32,000 nt of DNA from Pseudoalteromonas tetraodonis (lineage in GTDB: Bacteria > Pseudomonadota > Gammaproteobacteria > Enterobacterales > Alteromonadaceae). Every line of letters starts with the position of its first letter. Within the stretch, counting starts at the first letter, position 1. The notes under the pieces are model-generated. The model worked only from the letters and a program-made list of their open reading frames with translations, made no database searches and had not been told where the DNA came from. The translations under genes were made by a program, and so were the position numbers. The DNA lies in NCBI RefSeq assembly GCF_002310835.1, contig NZ_CP011041.1:240001-272000 (forward strand), given 5' to 3'. Positions 12,360 to 21,471 of this stretch are shown piece after piece.

Positions 12360-12456
12360 TTGTTTTCCGTTAGTAAGGCCAAGCACTAAATATTATTAAT
12401 TATTGTTTTGGGTGATTGACTCGAAAGAGCAAACCTGAATAAACCGGAGATACAAA

Positions 12457-12927
12457 ATGCCTAGAAGACGCGTAATAGGTCAACGTAAAATTCTTCCAGA
12501 TCCTAAGTTCGGATCGGAACTTCTTGCTAAGTTCGTTAACATCGTAATGTTAGACGGCAAGAAATCTACTGCTGAAAAAATCGTTTATGGTGCGCTAGAC
12601 GTGGCTGCTGAGAAATCAGGCAAGTCGCACCTAGAAATCTTTGAAACTGCACTTGATAACATCCGTCCACAGGTAGAGGTTAAATCTCGCCGTGTTGGTG
12701 GTTCAACTTATCAAGTACCAGTTGAAGTACGTCCAGTACGTCGCAACGCATTAGGTATGCGTTGGTTAGTAGACGCTGCACGTAAGCGTGGCGAAAAATC
12801 TATGGGCTTACGTTTAGCTCAAGAAATCGTTGACGCTGCTGACAACAAAGGCACTGCGGTTAAGAAACGTGAAGACGTTCACCGTATGGCTGAAGCGAAT
12901 AAAGCATTCGCTCATTACCGTTGGTAA
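12457..12927 (+). CDS. rpsG: 30S ribosomal protein S7
   Basis: 156 aa, [28 protein letters not shown]... SD GGAGA upstream. Confidence 0.98.
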   Translation: MPRRRVIGQRKILPDPKFGSELLAKFVNIVMLDGKKSTAEKIVYGALDVAAEKSGKSHLEIFETALDNIRPQVEVKSRRVGGSTYQVPVEVRPVRRNALGMRWLVDAARKRGEKSMGLRLAQEIVDAADNKGTAVKKREDVHRMAEANKAFAHYRW

Positions 12928-12954
12928 TCTGTCCTTAACCTTTAAGAGGATTTT

Positions 12955-15069
12955 ATGGCACGTACAACTCCACTTGAGCGTTACCGCAATATCGGTATTT
13001 GTGCTCACGTAGATGCAGGCAAAACCACCACAACAGAACGTGTTCTGTTCTACACAGGTCTTTCTCATAAGATCGGTGAAGTACATGATGGCGCCGCAAC
13101 TATGGATTGGATGGAGCAGGAACAAGAGCGTGGTATCACAATCACTTCTGCTGCAACAACGTGTTTCTGGAAAGGGATGGACGCGCAATTTGACGACCAT
13201 CGCATCAATATCATTGATACCCCAGGACACGTAGATTTCACTATCGAAGTAGAGCGTTCTTTACGTGTACTAGATGGTGCGGTAGTTGTTCTTTGTGCTT
13301 CATCTGGTGTACAGCCGCAAACTGAGACAGTTTGGCGTCAAGCGAACAAATACGAAGTTCCGAGAATGATCTTCGTAAATAAAATGGATCGCACAGGCGC
13401 TGACTTCTTAACGGTTGTCGGCCAGGTGAAATCTCGTCTTGGAGCAACGCCTGTTCCAGTCCAGTTACCAATTGGCGCTGAAGACGACTTTAAAGGTGTT
13501 ATTGACCTTATCAAAATGAAAGCTATTAACTGGAATGATGAAGACCAGGGTATGACTTTCTCTTATGAGGCAATACCGGCAGAACTTCAGGATTTAGCTG
13601 AAGAATGGCGCTCTCATTTAGTTGAAAGCGCTGCTGAAGCCTCTGAAGAACTAATGGATAAATACTTAGAAGGTGAAGAGTTAAGCGAAGCAGAAATTAA
13701 AAATGCTTTGCGTCAACGCACATTAGCGAACGAAATTGTTCCCATGACCTGTGGTAGTGCATTTAAAAACAAAGGCGTTCAAGCTGTGCTTGATTGCGTT
13801 GTTGAATATATGCCATCACCCACACAAGTGAAACAAATCCAAGGTATCCTCGAAGATGGTACCGAGGAAGAGCGTCCTGCTGATGATAAAGCGCCGTTTG
13901 CTGCACTTGCTTTTAAGATTGCAACAGACCCGTTTGTTGGCACCTTGACCTTTTTCCGTGTTTACTCTGGTACTGTTAAACAGGGTGATGCGGTATATAA
14001 CCCAGTAAAAAGTAAGCGTGAGCGTCTTGGTCGTATCGTTCAGATGCATTCAAACTCACGTGAAGAGATCAAAGAAGTCTACGCAGGCGACATCGCGGCG
14101 GCTATTGGTCTCAAAGACGTAACAACAGGCGAGACACTGTGTGATCCGAATTCTATTATTACGCTAGAGCGTATGGAATTCCCAGAACCAGTTATCTCTG
14201 TTGCGGTTGAGCCTCGCACAATCGCTGACCAGGATAAAATGGGTATCGCGCTAGGTAAACTAGCGGCAGAAGATCCATCTTTCCGCGTACAAACTGACGA
14301 AGAATCAGGCCAGACGATTATCTCTGGCATGGGTGAACTTCACCTTGATATCATTGTCGACCGTATGAAACGTGAATTCAGTGTTGAATGTAACGTTGGT
14401 AAGCCGCAGGTTGCATACCGAGAAGCTATTCGTTCAACTGTTGAAGTTGAAGGGAAGTTCATACGTCAATCAGGTGGTCGTGGTCAATATGGTCACGTCT
14501 GGCTTAAACTTGAACCGATGGATATTTCGGATGATGAAGCCCCAATTTACGAGTTCGTAAACGAAACCGTAGGTGGGTCAGTTCCGAAAGAATACATCCC
14601 TGCGGTAGACAAAGGTATCCAAGAGCAAATGGCTCAAGGTGTACTGGCAGGCTACCCATTACTTGGTGTTAAAGCGACTTTATATGATGGTTCATTCCAT
14701 GATGTAGATTCGAATGAAATGGCATTTAAAATAGCAGGTTCACTGGCTATGAGACAAGGTGCGCTAGATGCAAACCCTGCACTTTTAGAACCAGTAATGA
14801 AGGTTGAAGTACTCACTCCTGAAGCAAACATGGGTGATGTAGTTGGCGACCTAAACCGTCGTCGCGGCATGATCGAAGGCATGGAAGATGCACTTGGTGG
14901 CCTTAAGCAAATTAATGCTGTGGTACCACTATCTGAAATGTTCGGTTATGCGACTGCTTTACGATCTGCAACACAGGGCCGTGCCTCATACTCTATGGAG
15001 TTTTTGAAGTACGCTGAAGCCTCTAAGCAGGTTGCAGATACAATAATTTCAGCTCGCGCTGTTATATGA
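12955..15069 (+). CDS. fusA: Elongation factor G
   Basis: 704 aa. G motifs [20 protein letters not shown] and NKMD. Collinear with E. coli EF-G throughout. Confidence 0.99.
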   Translation: MARTTPLERYRNIGICAHVDAGKTTTTERVLFYTGLSHKIGEVHDGAATMDWMEQEQERGITITSAATTCFWKGMDAQFDDHRINIIDTPGHVDFTIEVERSLRVLDGAVVVLCASSGVQPQTETVWRQANKYEVPRMIFVNKMDRTGADFLTVVGQVKSRLGATPVPVQLPIGAEDDFKGVIDLIKMKAINWNDEDQGMTFSYEAIPAELQDLAEEWRSHLVESAAEASEELMDKYLEGEELSEAEIKNALRQRTLANEIVPMTCGSAFKNKGVQAVLDCVVEYMPSPTQVKQIQGILEDGTEEERPADDKAPFAALAFKIATDPFVGTLTFFRVYSGTVKQGDAVYNPVKSKRERLGRIVQMHSNSREEIKEVYAGDIAAAIGLKDVTTGETLCDPNSIITLERMEFPEPVISVAVEPRTIADQDKMGIALGKLAAEDPSFRVQTDEESGQTIISGMGELHLDIIVDRMKREFSVECNVGKPQVAYREAIRSTVEVEGKFIRQSGGRGQYGHVWLKLEPMDISDDEAPIYEFVNETVGGSVPKEYIPAVDKGIQEQMAQGVLAGYPLLGVKATLYDGSFHDVDSNEMAFKIAGSLAMRQGALDANPALLEPVMKVEVLTPEANMGDVVGDLNRRRGMIEGMEDALGGLKQINAVVPLSEMFGYATALRSATQGRASYSMEFLKYAEASKQVADTIISARAVI

Positions 15070-15078
15070 TTTTAGCTT

Positions 15079-15110
15079 GTCTGGCTCAATACTGAGTCAG
15101 GCTTTAATTT
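15079..15110 (+). terminator. Hairpin plus U-rich tract between fusA and tuf (possible leaky terminator or processing/stability element)
   Basis: 10-bp stem GTCTGGCTCA (15079-15088) / TGAGTCAGGC (15093-15102) containing two G-U pairs, followed by TTTAATTTCTTTATT. Confidence 0.3.
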
Positions 15111-15131
15111 CTTTATTAGGAATTTTTTAAG

Positions 15132-16316
15132 ATGGCAAAAGAAAAGTTTGAACGCGTAAAACCGCACGTAAACGTTGGTACAATCGGCCACGTTGACCAC
15201 GGTAAAACTACACTAACTGCAGCAATCACTAACGTACTTGCAAAAGTATACGGCGGTGTTGCTAAAGATTTCGCATCAATCGATAACGCTCCAGAAGAGC
15301 GCGAGCGTGGTATCACAATCTCAACTTCACACGTTGAGTACGATACACCTACTCGTCACTACGCACACGTAGATTGTCCTGGTCACGCCGATTATGTTAA
15401 AAACATGATCACTGGTGCTGCTCAAATGGACGGCGCTATCTTAGTAGTTGCTGCGACTGATGGCCCTATGCCACAAACTCGTGAGCACATCCTACTTTCT
15501 CGCCAAGTTGGCGTTCCTTACATCGTTGTGTTCATGAACAAATGTGACATGGTTGATGATGAAGAGCTACTTGAGCTAGTAGAAATGGAAGTTCGTGAAC
15601 TTCTTTCTGAATACGACTTCCCAGGTGATGACTTACCACTAATTCAAGGTTCTGCACTTAAAGCACTTGAAGGCGAAGAGCAATGGGAAGCTAAAATCGT
15701 AGAGCTTGCAGAAGCACTAGATACTTACATTCCAGAGCCAGAGCGTGACATCGATAAGCCATTCATCATGCCTATCGAAGACGTTTTCTCAATCCAAGGT
15801 CGTGGTACTGTTGTAACTGGCCGTGTTGAAGCTGGTATCATCAACGTGAATGACGAAGTTGAAATCGTTGGTATCAAAGAGACTACTAAGTCTACTTGTA
15901 CTGGTGTTGAAATGTTCCGTAAGCTTCTTGACGAAGGTCGTGCTGGTGAGAACATTGGTGCACTTTTACGTGGTACTAAGCGTGAAGACGTTGAACGTGG
16001 TCAAGTACTAGCTAAGCCTGGTTCAATCAAGCCACACACTACATTCACTTCAGAAGTATACGTACTTTCGAAAGATGAAGGTGGTCGTCATACTCCATTC
16101 TTCAAAGGTTACCGTCCACAGTTCTACTTCCGTACAACTGACGTAACAGGTGACGTACAGTTACCAGAAGGCGTAGAAATGGTAATGCCTGGTGATAACG
16201 TTAAGATGACTGTAACGCTAATCGCGCCAATCGCGATGGACGAAGGTCTTCGTTTCGCTATCCGTGAAGGTGGCCGTACTGTAGGTGCTGGTGTTGTAGC
16301 AACTATCGTAGAGTAA
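15132..16316 (+). CDS. tuf: Elongation factor Tu
   Basis: 394 aa. [15 protein letters not shown] and NKCD motifs; ends ..[10 protein letters not shown]. Confidence 0.99.
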   Translation: MAKEKFERVKPHVNVGTIGHVDHGKTTLTAAITNVLAKVYGGVAKDFASIDNAPEERERGITISTSHVEYDTPTRHYAHVDCPGHADYVKNMITGAAQMDGAILVVAATDGPMPQTREHILLSRQVGVPYIVVFMNKCDMVDDEELLELVEMEVRELLSEYDFPGDDLPLIQGSALKALEGEEQWEAKIVELAEALDTYIPEPERDIDKPFIMPIEDVFSIQGRGTVVTGRVEAGIINVNDEVEIVGIKETTKSTCTGVEMFRKLLDEGRAGENIGALLRGTKREDVERGQVLAKPGSIKPHTTFTSEVYVLSKDEGGRHTPFFKGYRPQFYFRTTDVTGDVQLPEGVEMVMPGDNVKMTVTLIAPIAMDEGLRFAIREGGRTVGAGVVATIVE

Positions 16317-16342
16317 TAATTAACGTTTAAGTTAATTGTTAG

Positions 16343-16369
16343 AAAAAGGTCACTTAGGTGGCCTTTTTT
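16343..16369 (+). terminator. Rho-independent terminator of tuf
   Basis: AAAAAGGTCAC-TTAG-GTGGCCTTTTTT. 6-bp GC-rich stem with one G-U pair, extended by A/T pairs, and T-tract 16364-16369. Confidence 0.8.
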
Positions 16370-16390
16370 AATGGCTGCGATTTACATCAT

Positions 16391-16454
16391 GTGAAGGTGG
16401 CGCAGTTACCTTAGGCATAGGTGCTTTGTAGCAACTATCGTAGAGTAATAATTA
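16391..16454 (+). repeat. Decayed copy 1 of the tuf 3' end (non-coding remnant)
   Basis: GTGAAGGTGG...GGTGCTTTGTAGCAACTATCGTAGAGTAATAATTA aligns to tuf 16264-16322. The last 28 nt (16427-16454) are identical to 16295-16322. The upstream part has an insertion and an in-frame TAG. Confidence 0.85.
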
Positions 16455-16472
16455 GCCTAGCTAATTAATACG

Positions 16473-16502
16473 AAAAAACCCGAGCTTAGCCTCGGGTTTT
16501 TT
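16473..16502 (+). terminator. Second rho-independent terminator (belongs to tuf-tail copy 1)
   Basis: AAAAAACCCGAG-CTTAGC-CTCGGGTTTTTT. Stems at 16479-16484 / 16491-16496 and T-tract 16497-16502. Confidence 0.8.
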
Positions 16503-16620
16503 AATGCCTGCAATAAAATAAAGGTTTCAGGTGCAAGGTTTAAGGTTTTAGGTAAAGCAGCTCGGTGTAAATTTAACACTGTCACTTGGGTTGAGTTTTA
16601 TCGCACTTAGAGGGTAAAGC

Positions 16621-16685
16621 ATGAAGGTTCTACACTTACCTTATGCATTGGTGCTTAGTAGCAACGATCGTTGAGTTCTCAATTA
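16621..16685 (+). repeat. Decayed copy 2 of the tuf 3' end (more diverged)
   Basis: ATGAAGGTTCTACACTTACCTTATGCATTGGTGCTTAGTAGCAACGATCGTTGAGTTCTCAATTA is collinear with copy 1. It shares the TTACCTTA-GCAT insertion that the real gene lacks. The stop codons are lost. Confidence 0.75.
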
Positions 16686-16833
16686 CTGTAATGCTGCAGG
16701 TTTCAGGTTTTAATGAGTGAAGTTTGGCGTTCCTGTTGTTGTCGTAACGAAGTTTAAAGCAGCATTGATACCGCTGCTTAAAAATTAACGAGGCTATTTT
16801 AAGGCTTGTTTATCGTTATTTAAGTTGGAACGT

Positions 16834-16842
16834 TGTTATAAT
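16834..16842 (+). promoter_or_regulatory. Extended -10 promoter candidate (TGTTATAAT) for the acidic-ORF/cti unit
   Basis: TGnTATAAT at 16834-16842, 38 nt upstream of the ATG at 16880. No good -35 element. Confidence 0.4.
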
Positions 16843-16879
16843 AGGTAATAATTAAATAGTCAGTAGCGCAGAGAGTCCA

Positions 16880-17242
16880 ATGGAACTTGAACAAGATAGC
16901 AATTTAACACTTCCTTTATTTATTCTAGATGAAACACTAAGTACCCGTGACTTAGCGCAGCCTGACTTGGAAATTTCAGTTATCTTAAGTGATGAGCTGC
17001 TTACTCAACTATGCCAGAACCCCAGTGCTGACAGTAGTATAGGCATTAGCATTGCAGACTATGAGTTGAATATCATCAATTCAAGCTTTGCTACCATAGC
17101 GCATAGCGAGCATGACGCTCAATTAACCATAACACAGGGCCCTCTATTAAGCGCTGTGGTGACTACTGTTGAAAACCTAACATTCGTATCACCACAAATC
17201 GATATGATGCCTACGTTCGATTTAGGTGATGAGACTGAATAA
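16880..17242 (+). CDS. Hypothetical ultra-acidic protein (120 aa, no Lys)
   Basis: Only ORF in this spacer. By direct count it has 11 Asp + 10 Glu against 1 Arg and 0 Lys. Its stop overlaps the cti start (TAATG at 17240-17244). Weak SD GAGAG. I recognise no family. Confidence 0.5.
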   Translation: MELEQDSNLTLPLFILDETLSTRDLAQPDLEISVILSDELLTQLCQNPSADSSIGISIADYELNIINSSFATIAHSEHDAQLTITQGPLLSAVVTTVENLTFVSPQIDMMPTFDLGDETE

Positions 17243-19572
17243 TGAAAAAAAATATTATAGGTACTTTTGTACTGATTATCTTAAGTGGTTGTGCTTACTT
17301 AGGTAATGCACATTACAATGAATTATTCGGTCCTGAGAAAACACAAGATCGTATGGTTGCTCATAATAGCGGTGCTGGGGCTGAGTTTTTACAGCAAGTA
17401 AAGCCTGTACTCGATAACCGCTGCGTGGTTTGTCATGGCTGTTATGATGCGCCTTGCCAATTAAAACTCTCTTCTCCTGAAGGTATCGACAGAGGCCTCA
17501 GTAAAGAGTTGGTTTACGATGGTACTCGGTTGTTAGCCTCAACGCCGAGCCGATTATTATTTGATGCAACCACGACTGAGCAATGGCGTGATAAAGAATT
17601 TAGCCCGGTATTAAACGAGCGAGCACAAACTGAAGAAGCCAATTTAGCGGGTAGTGTGTTATTTAATACGCTGGTATTAAAGCAAAGTTCACCCTTGCCA
17701 GAAGATGAAGTATTAGATGAACGTTTTGATTTTTCACTTAGCCGCAACCAAAGTTGTGCGACGATGGGTGAGTTTGACCAATTAGCGGATGAGCAACCGC
17801 ATGCGGGTATGCCTTATGGCTTGCCTGGAGTGACTGCTGCTGAATTTCAGCACTTACAAAACTGGATTAAAAAAGGCGGGAAAATGGCGCACATCAAGCC
17901 GCCATCAGCTGCTGAGCTTGCGCAAGTAAAAAACTGGGAAGCATTTTTAAATCAAGATGGTTTGAAGTACCAATTATCAGCGCGCTATATTTATGAGCAT
18001 TGGTTTTTAGCACACATCTACTTTAGTGATGCACAATCACCTAACTTTTTTAAGTTGGTACGCTCAAGTACTCCCCCTGGTGAAGACATTAAATTAATAA
18101 GTTCTCGTCGCCCTTACGATAATCCAAACGTTGAGCGTGTTTATTATCGACTGCTTCACGACCGTTCTACTATTTTATCAAAAACACATTTACCGCTTAA
18201 ACTTAATGATGAAAAGTTGGCACGTATTTACCAGCAATTTATTGCGCCAAATTACACTGTATCTAGTTTACCAAGCTATGAGCCTACCCTTGCATCAAAC
18301 CCGTTTAAAACGTTTGAAGCACTGCCTATAGATGCAAAATATCAATTTATGCTCGATGAAGCTGAGCTAATTATTATGGGCTTTATTAAAGGCCCTGTTT
18401 GTCGTGGTCAAATAGCACTCAATGTGATTAATGATCATTTTTGGGTGGCGTTTGCTGATCCTAAAAAGGTAGCGACTCCGGCGGTAGGTAAAATGTTGGT
18501 GCAACATGAGGATGCATTAGAGTTGCCCGCAGCAGAGGAAAGTAATGCGTTACCGATTTCTAATTGGGTCAAATACTCGGTTCGCGAAAAACGTTACTTA
18601 AAAGCCAAGGTAGAGCTTGCTAATAATCTGTTCAAAAACGGCGAGCATTTAACCACCGACTTATTGTGGAAAGGGGATGGGCACAATCAAAATGCGGCAC
18701 TGACTATTTTTCGACACTTTGATAGTGCAACTGTAGTTAAAGGCTTTATTGGCCAACAACCTAAAACTATGTGGGTGCTTGATTACGCGCTGTTTGAGCG
18801 TATTCATTACTTGTTAGTTGCGGGCTTTGATGTGTATGGCAATATTGGCCATCAATTAATAACGCGCTTATACATGGACTTTTTACGTTTAGAAGGTGAG
18901 CACAACTTTTTAGCTTTGTTACCTGAAGCTCAGCGAGAGACAATTAAACAGAGTTGGTATCGAAAATCACCACCTAGTTTGTCGACCTTTTTTGAAAACA
19001 ATCGTGAGTTTAGTCAACCCAGCGGTATTAACTATCAAACAGATGAACCGCAATCAGAGCTATATGGCTTAATTAAAGAGGCATTAGAGCCCGTTTTAAG
19101 TCCTCGTTATGACTATAAAAAAGTACCCGCACCATTAAGTGCGATTAATACCATGCCTGCTAAAGCAGTTAACTTACTGCCACAGCTATCGTATGTGCTA
19201 GTGAAAGAGCAGGATGGCCACACAGGCTATACGATTATTCACCATAACGCGCACTATAATATTTCGAGTCTACTAAACGAAGATGGACAGCGCGCCTATG
19301 AAGAAGATACGGTGACAATTGTTCCGGGCTTTATTGGTGATTACCCTTCTGCAATTTGGTATTTAAATAACGCCCAACAGGTTTCGGCCTTTGCCGAACA
19401 GTTACCGCTAATGCAAGTGGAAGCTGATTATCGCGCTTTAAAGTCTAAGTTTGCGATTCGTCGAACTCACCCGCAATTTTGGCAATACAGCGATATTTTA
19501 CATCAGGTTGCCCGCCAGTACCGAGGTGTTGAATTTGGCATGTTTGATTATAATCGACTAGAAAATCGTTAG
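17242..19572 (+). CDS. cti: Fatty acid cis/trans isomerase (Cti), cytochrome-c type, predicted lipoprotein
   Basis: 776 aa, the same size class as Pseudomonas Cti (~765 aa). N-terminal haem-c motif CVVCH (residues 61-65, nt 17422-17436) within ..VLDNRCVVCHGCYDAPCQLKL.. Signal peptide with lipobox LSGC (Cys17). Confidence 0.8.
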   Translation: MKKNIIGTFVLIILSGCAYLGNAHYNELFGPEKTQDRMVAHNSGAGAEFLQQVKPVLDNRCVVCHGCYDAPCQLKLSSPEGIDRGLSKELVYDGTRLLASTPSRLLFDATTTEQWRDKEFSPVLNERAQTEEANLAGSVLFNTLVLKQSSPLPEDEVLDERFDFSLSRNQSCATMGEFDQLADEQPHAGMPYGLPGVTAAEFQHLQNWIKKGGKMAHIKPPSAAELAQVKNWEAFLNQDGLKYQLSARYIYEHWFLAHIYFSDAQSPNFFKLVRSSTPPGEDIKLISSRRPYDNPNVERVYYRLLHDRSTILSKTHLPLKLNDEKLARIYQQFIAPNYTVSSLPSYEPTLASNPFKTFEALPIDAKYQFMLDEAELIIMGFIKGPVCRGQIALNVINDHFWVAFADPKKVATPAVGKMLVQHEDALELPAAEESNALPISNWVKYSVREKRYLKAKVELANNLFKNGEHLTTDLLWKGDGHNQNAALTIFRHFDSATVVKGFIGQQPKTMWVLDYALFERIHYLLVAGFDVYGNIGHQLITRLYMDFLRLEGEHNFLALLPEAQRETIKQSWYRKSPPSLSTFFENNREFSQPSGINYQTDEPQSELYGLIKEALEPVLSPRYDYKKVPAPLSAINTMPAKAVNLLPQLSYVLVKEQDGHTGYTIIHHNAHYNISSLLNEDGQRAYEEDTVTIVPGFIGDYPSAIWYLNNAQQVSAFAEQLPLMQVEADYRALKSKFAIRRTHPQFWQYSDILHQVARQYRGVEFGMFDYNRLENR

Positions 19573-19596
19573 GTACACGCTAAACGGTTACAAGAG

Positions 19597-19621
19597 CCCA
19601 GCTTAACTAGCTGGGTTTTTT
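19597..19621 (+). terminator. Rho-independent terminator of cti
   Basis: CCCAGCT (19597-19603) / AGCTGGG (19609-19615), then TTTTTT at 19616-19621. Confidence 0.8.
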
Positions 19622-19691
19622 ATATTTAATAATTTAGTAATTAGTTTGCTAAGCTTAGGCTACAGTTAAAACAAAAAAAGTAACCTAGTGT

Positions 19692-21416
19692 ATGTTCAAC
19701 ATTGTTAAGAGTATTCGCAAACGTTACCGTTGGGCTTTAGTTGCTATTGCCTTGTTGGTCAGCGTATCTGCATTACTGATGCAATACTTCTTTTCAGTGC
19801 AAAAATACGATGCAAAAATTATCAATATAGCTGGCAAGCAACGTATGCTTTCGCAAAAAATAGCTTGGCATAGCAATGCATTAATTAATCAAACGGATAA
19901 CCACGCACAACATCTTCAATCGTTAAAACACTCCCTTGAGTTATTTGAACAAGCCCATGAATATTTACTCACTAAGGATGAACAAGGTGACGCAGTTTGT
20001 CTAAATACACCTTTATTTGATTTATATTATGCCCCCCCAAGCAACTTAGATGCAGAAGTGTTGGCCTTTATAACGCAAGCTAAAAATTTGGTTTCTCGAA
20101 AGGAGCCTATTAATTTGGCTTCGTTTTCTGTGAGCGAAGTTGAAGCATTACTCAAAAAATTAGACACTGCGGTGAGCTTATTTGAGCAACAAGCGGTAAA
20201 AAAGGTTGATTGGATCTCTAGTATTGAACTGCTTTGTTGGTTTTTTACTCTGGCATTATTGTTTTTAGAACTTAGATTTGTGTTTATGCCGATGGAAAAA
20301 CGAGTTCTGCAGACCTTACAAAAGTATCAACAACAAAAAGAATTTGCAGAGCAGGTAAGTAATAACAAAGAGCACTTTATTGCACGAGCCAGTCATGAAT
20401 TTAGAACCCCATTACAGGGGTTAATTACCTCGATCGATGAGCTAAGAATTCCCACTTCACAGCAGGATATACAGCGCCAAGCTCGGTATTGCTCGGCGAG
20501 GTTGTTGGCGATGTTAGATGAATTACAAGATTTACAAGCGCTGAGTTTAAATCGTTGGTCGTTAAACCCGACCTCTGACAACTTACTAACCACCATAAAT
20601 AAAGTGTTAGTTGTGTATGAATATGGTTGTACTGAAAAAGGGTTAAAGTTAATCAGAGAGTTAGCAGCGAGCTTAGACTGCGCGGTGATTGTAGATCATG
20701 CACGCTTACAACAAATAGTTAATGAGCTACTTAGTAATGCATTAAAGTTTACAGAGCAAGGAGAGGTAAAAGTCATCGCTACGCTCAACAATAACCAACT
20801 ATCGCTGAGCGTCGAGGACACCGGCTGTGGCTTTGATCACCTTATCGAGCAATTAGAATTAGACAGCACTGAGCAAAGTAACCATTTTCAAGGACTCAGA
20901 ACAGACCTTGCCCGTGTACAATATATTGTTGATGCCTTTAAGGGCGAGATTCGTTTTGAAAATAATCGTCAGCAAGGGGCATCTGTATTTTTAACATTAC
21001 CATTAGAGATGGATACTACTTTAAGCAAGTCATCGTCAATGCCTGATAACTTACATTGTTTAGTCGTTGAAGATAACCCACTTAATATGCTGGTACTCAC
21101 TAAGCTATTAACTGCATTGAACATACACGCTGAATGCGCTGAGAATGGCAAAATAGCGTGTGAAATGGTCGCCAAAAAATCTTATGACGTCATCTTTATG
21201 GATTTAAATATGCCGGTTATGGATGGGTTTGAAGCCACTAAAATCTTGCATGATAACGATAAAACACTGCCGATTATTGTGGTTACCGCAAACACCTCTG
21301 ATAGTGATCTTGCTCGCGCTAAAGCTTGTGGAGCAATAGGTCATATTCATAAACCCATAGATCAGCAAAGTATAATCGCGGCGCTAAACGATGCTTTTCT
21401 ACCTGAGGTTGATTAA
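19692..21416 (+). CDS. Hybrid sensor histidine kinase/response regulator with PilJ/NarX-type periplasmic sensor domain
   Basis: 574 aa. Two TM segments (about residues 14-34 and 178-198). AGKQRMLSQKI motif (residues 47-57). H-box ARASHEFRTPL (His235), N-box NELLSNALKFT, G1 DTGCG. REC domain with EDN..FMDLNMPVMDG (Asp504)..VVTAN..HKP. Confidence 0.9.
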   Translation: MFNIVKSIRKRYRWALVAIALLVSVSALLMQYFFSVQKYDAKIINIAGKQRMLSQKIAWHSNALINQTDNHAQHLQSLKHSLELFEQAHEYLLTKDEQGDAVCLNTPLFDLYYAPPSNLDAEVLAFITQAKNLVSRKEPINLASFSVSEVEALLKKLDTAVSLFEQQAVKKVDWISSIELLCWFFTLALLFLELRFVFMPMEKRVLQTLQKYQQQKEFAEQVSNNKEHFIARASHEFRTPLQGLITSIDELRIPTSQQDIQRQARYCSARLLAMLDELQDLQALSLNRWSLNPTSDNLLTTINKVLVVYEYGCTEKGLKLIRELAASLDCAVIVDHARLQQIVNELLSNALKFTEQGEVKVIATLNNNQLSLSVEDTGCGFDHLIEQLELDSTEQSNHFQGLRTDLARVQYIVDAFKGEIRFENNRQQGASVFLTLPLEMDTTLSKSSSMPDNLHCLVVEDNPLNMLVLTKLLTALNIHAECAENGKIACEMVAKKSYDVIFMDLNMPVMDGFEATKILHDNDKTLPIIVVTANTSDSDLARAKACGAIGHIHKPIDQQSIIAALNDAFLPEVD

Positions 21417-21471
21417 ATCTCACTTGCTTAATTATTCCTTATTACGTTAGTTTGAGTTTTTAAGCTCTGTT

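Noticed and set aside
12955-15069. Impression that fusA uses more rare codons (AGA, CGA, GGG, CCC) than neighbouring tuf and rps genes, hinting at a xenologous EF-G.
   Set aside because: This is an eyeball impression only. rpsG and rpoB also contain AGA codons. The protein is a standard EF-G collinear with the E. coli orthologue in its canonical operon position. A codon-adaptation calculation would be needed before making any claim.
12814-15955. Alternative-frame and antisense ORFs within rpsG, fusA and tuf (e.g. 12814-13230, 14079-14330, 15725-15955).
   Set aside because: These are shadow ORFs inside highly conserved translation-factor genes, with no independent signals.
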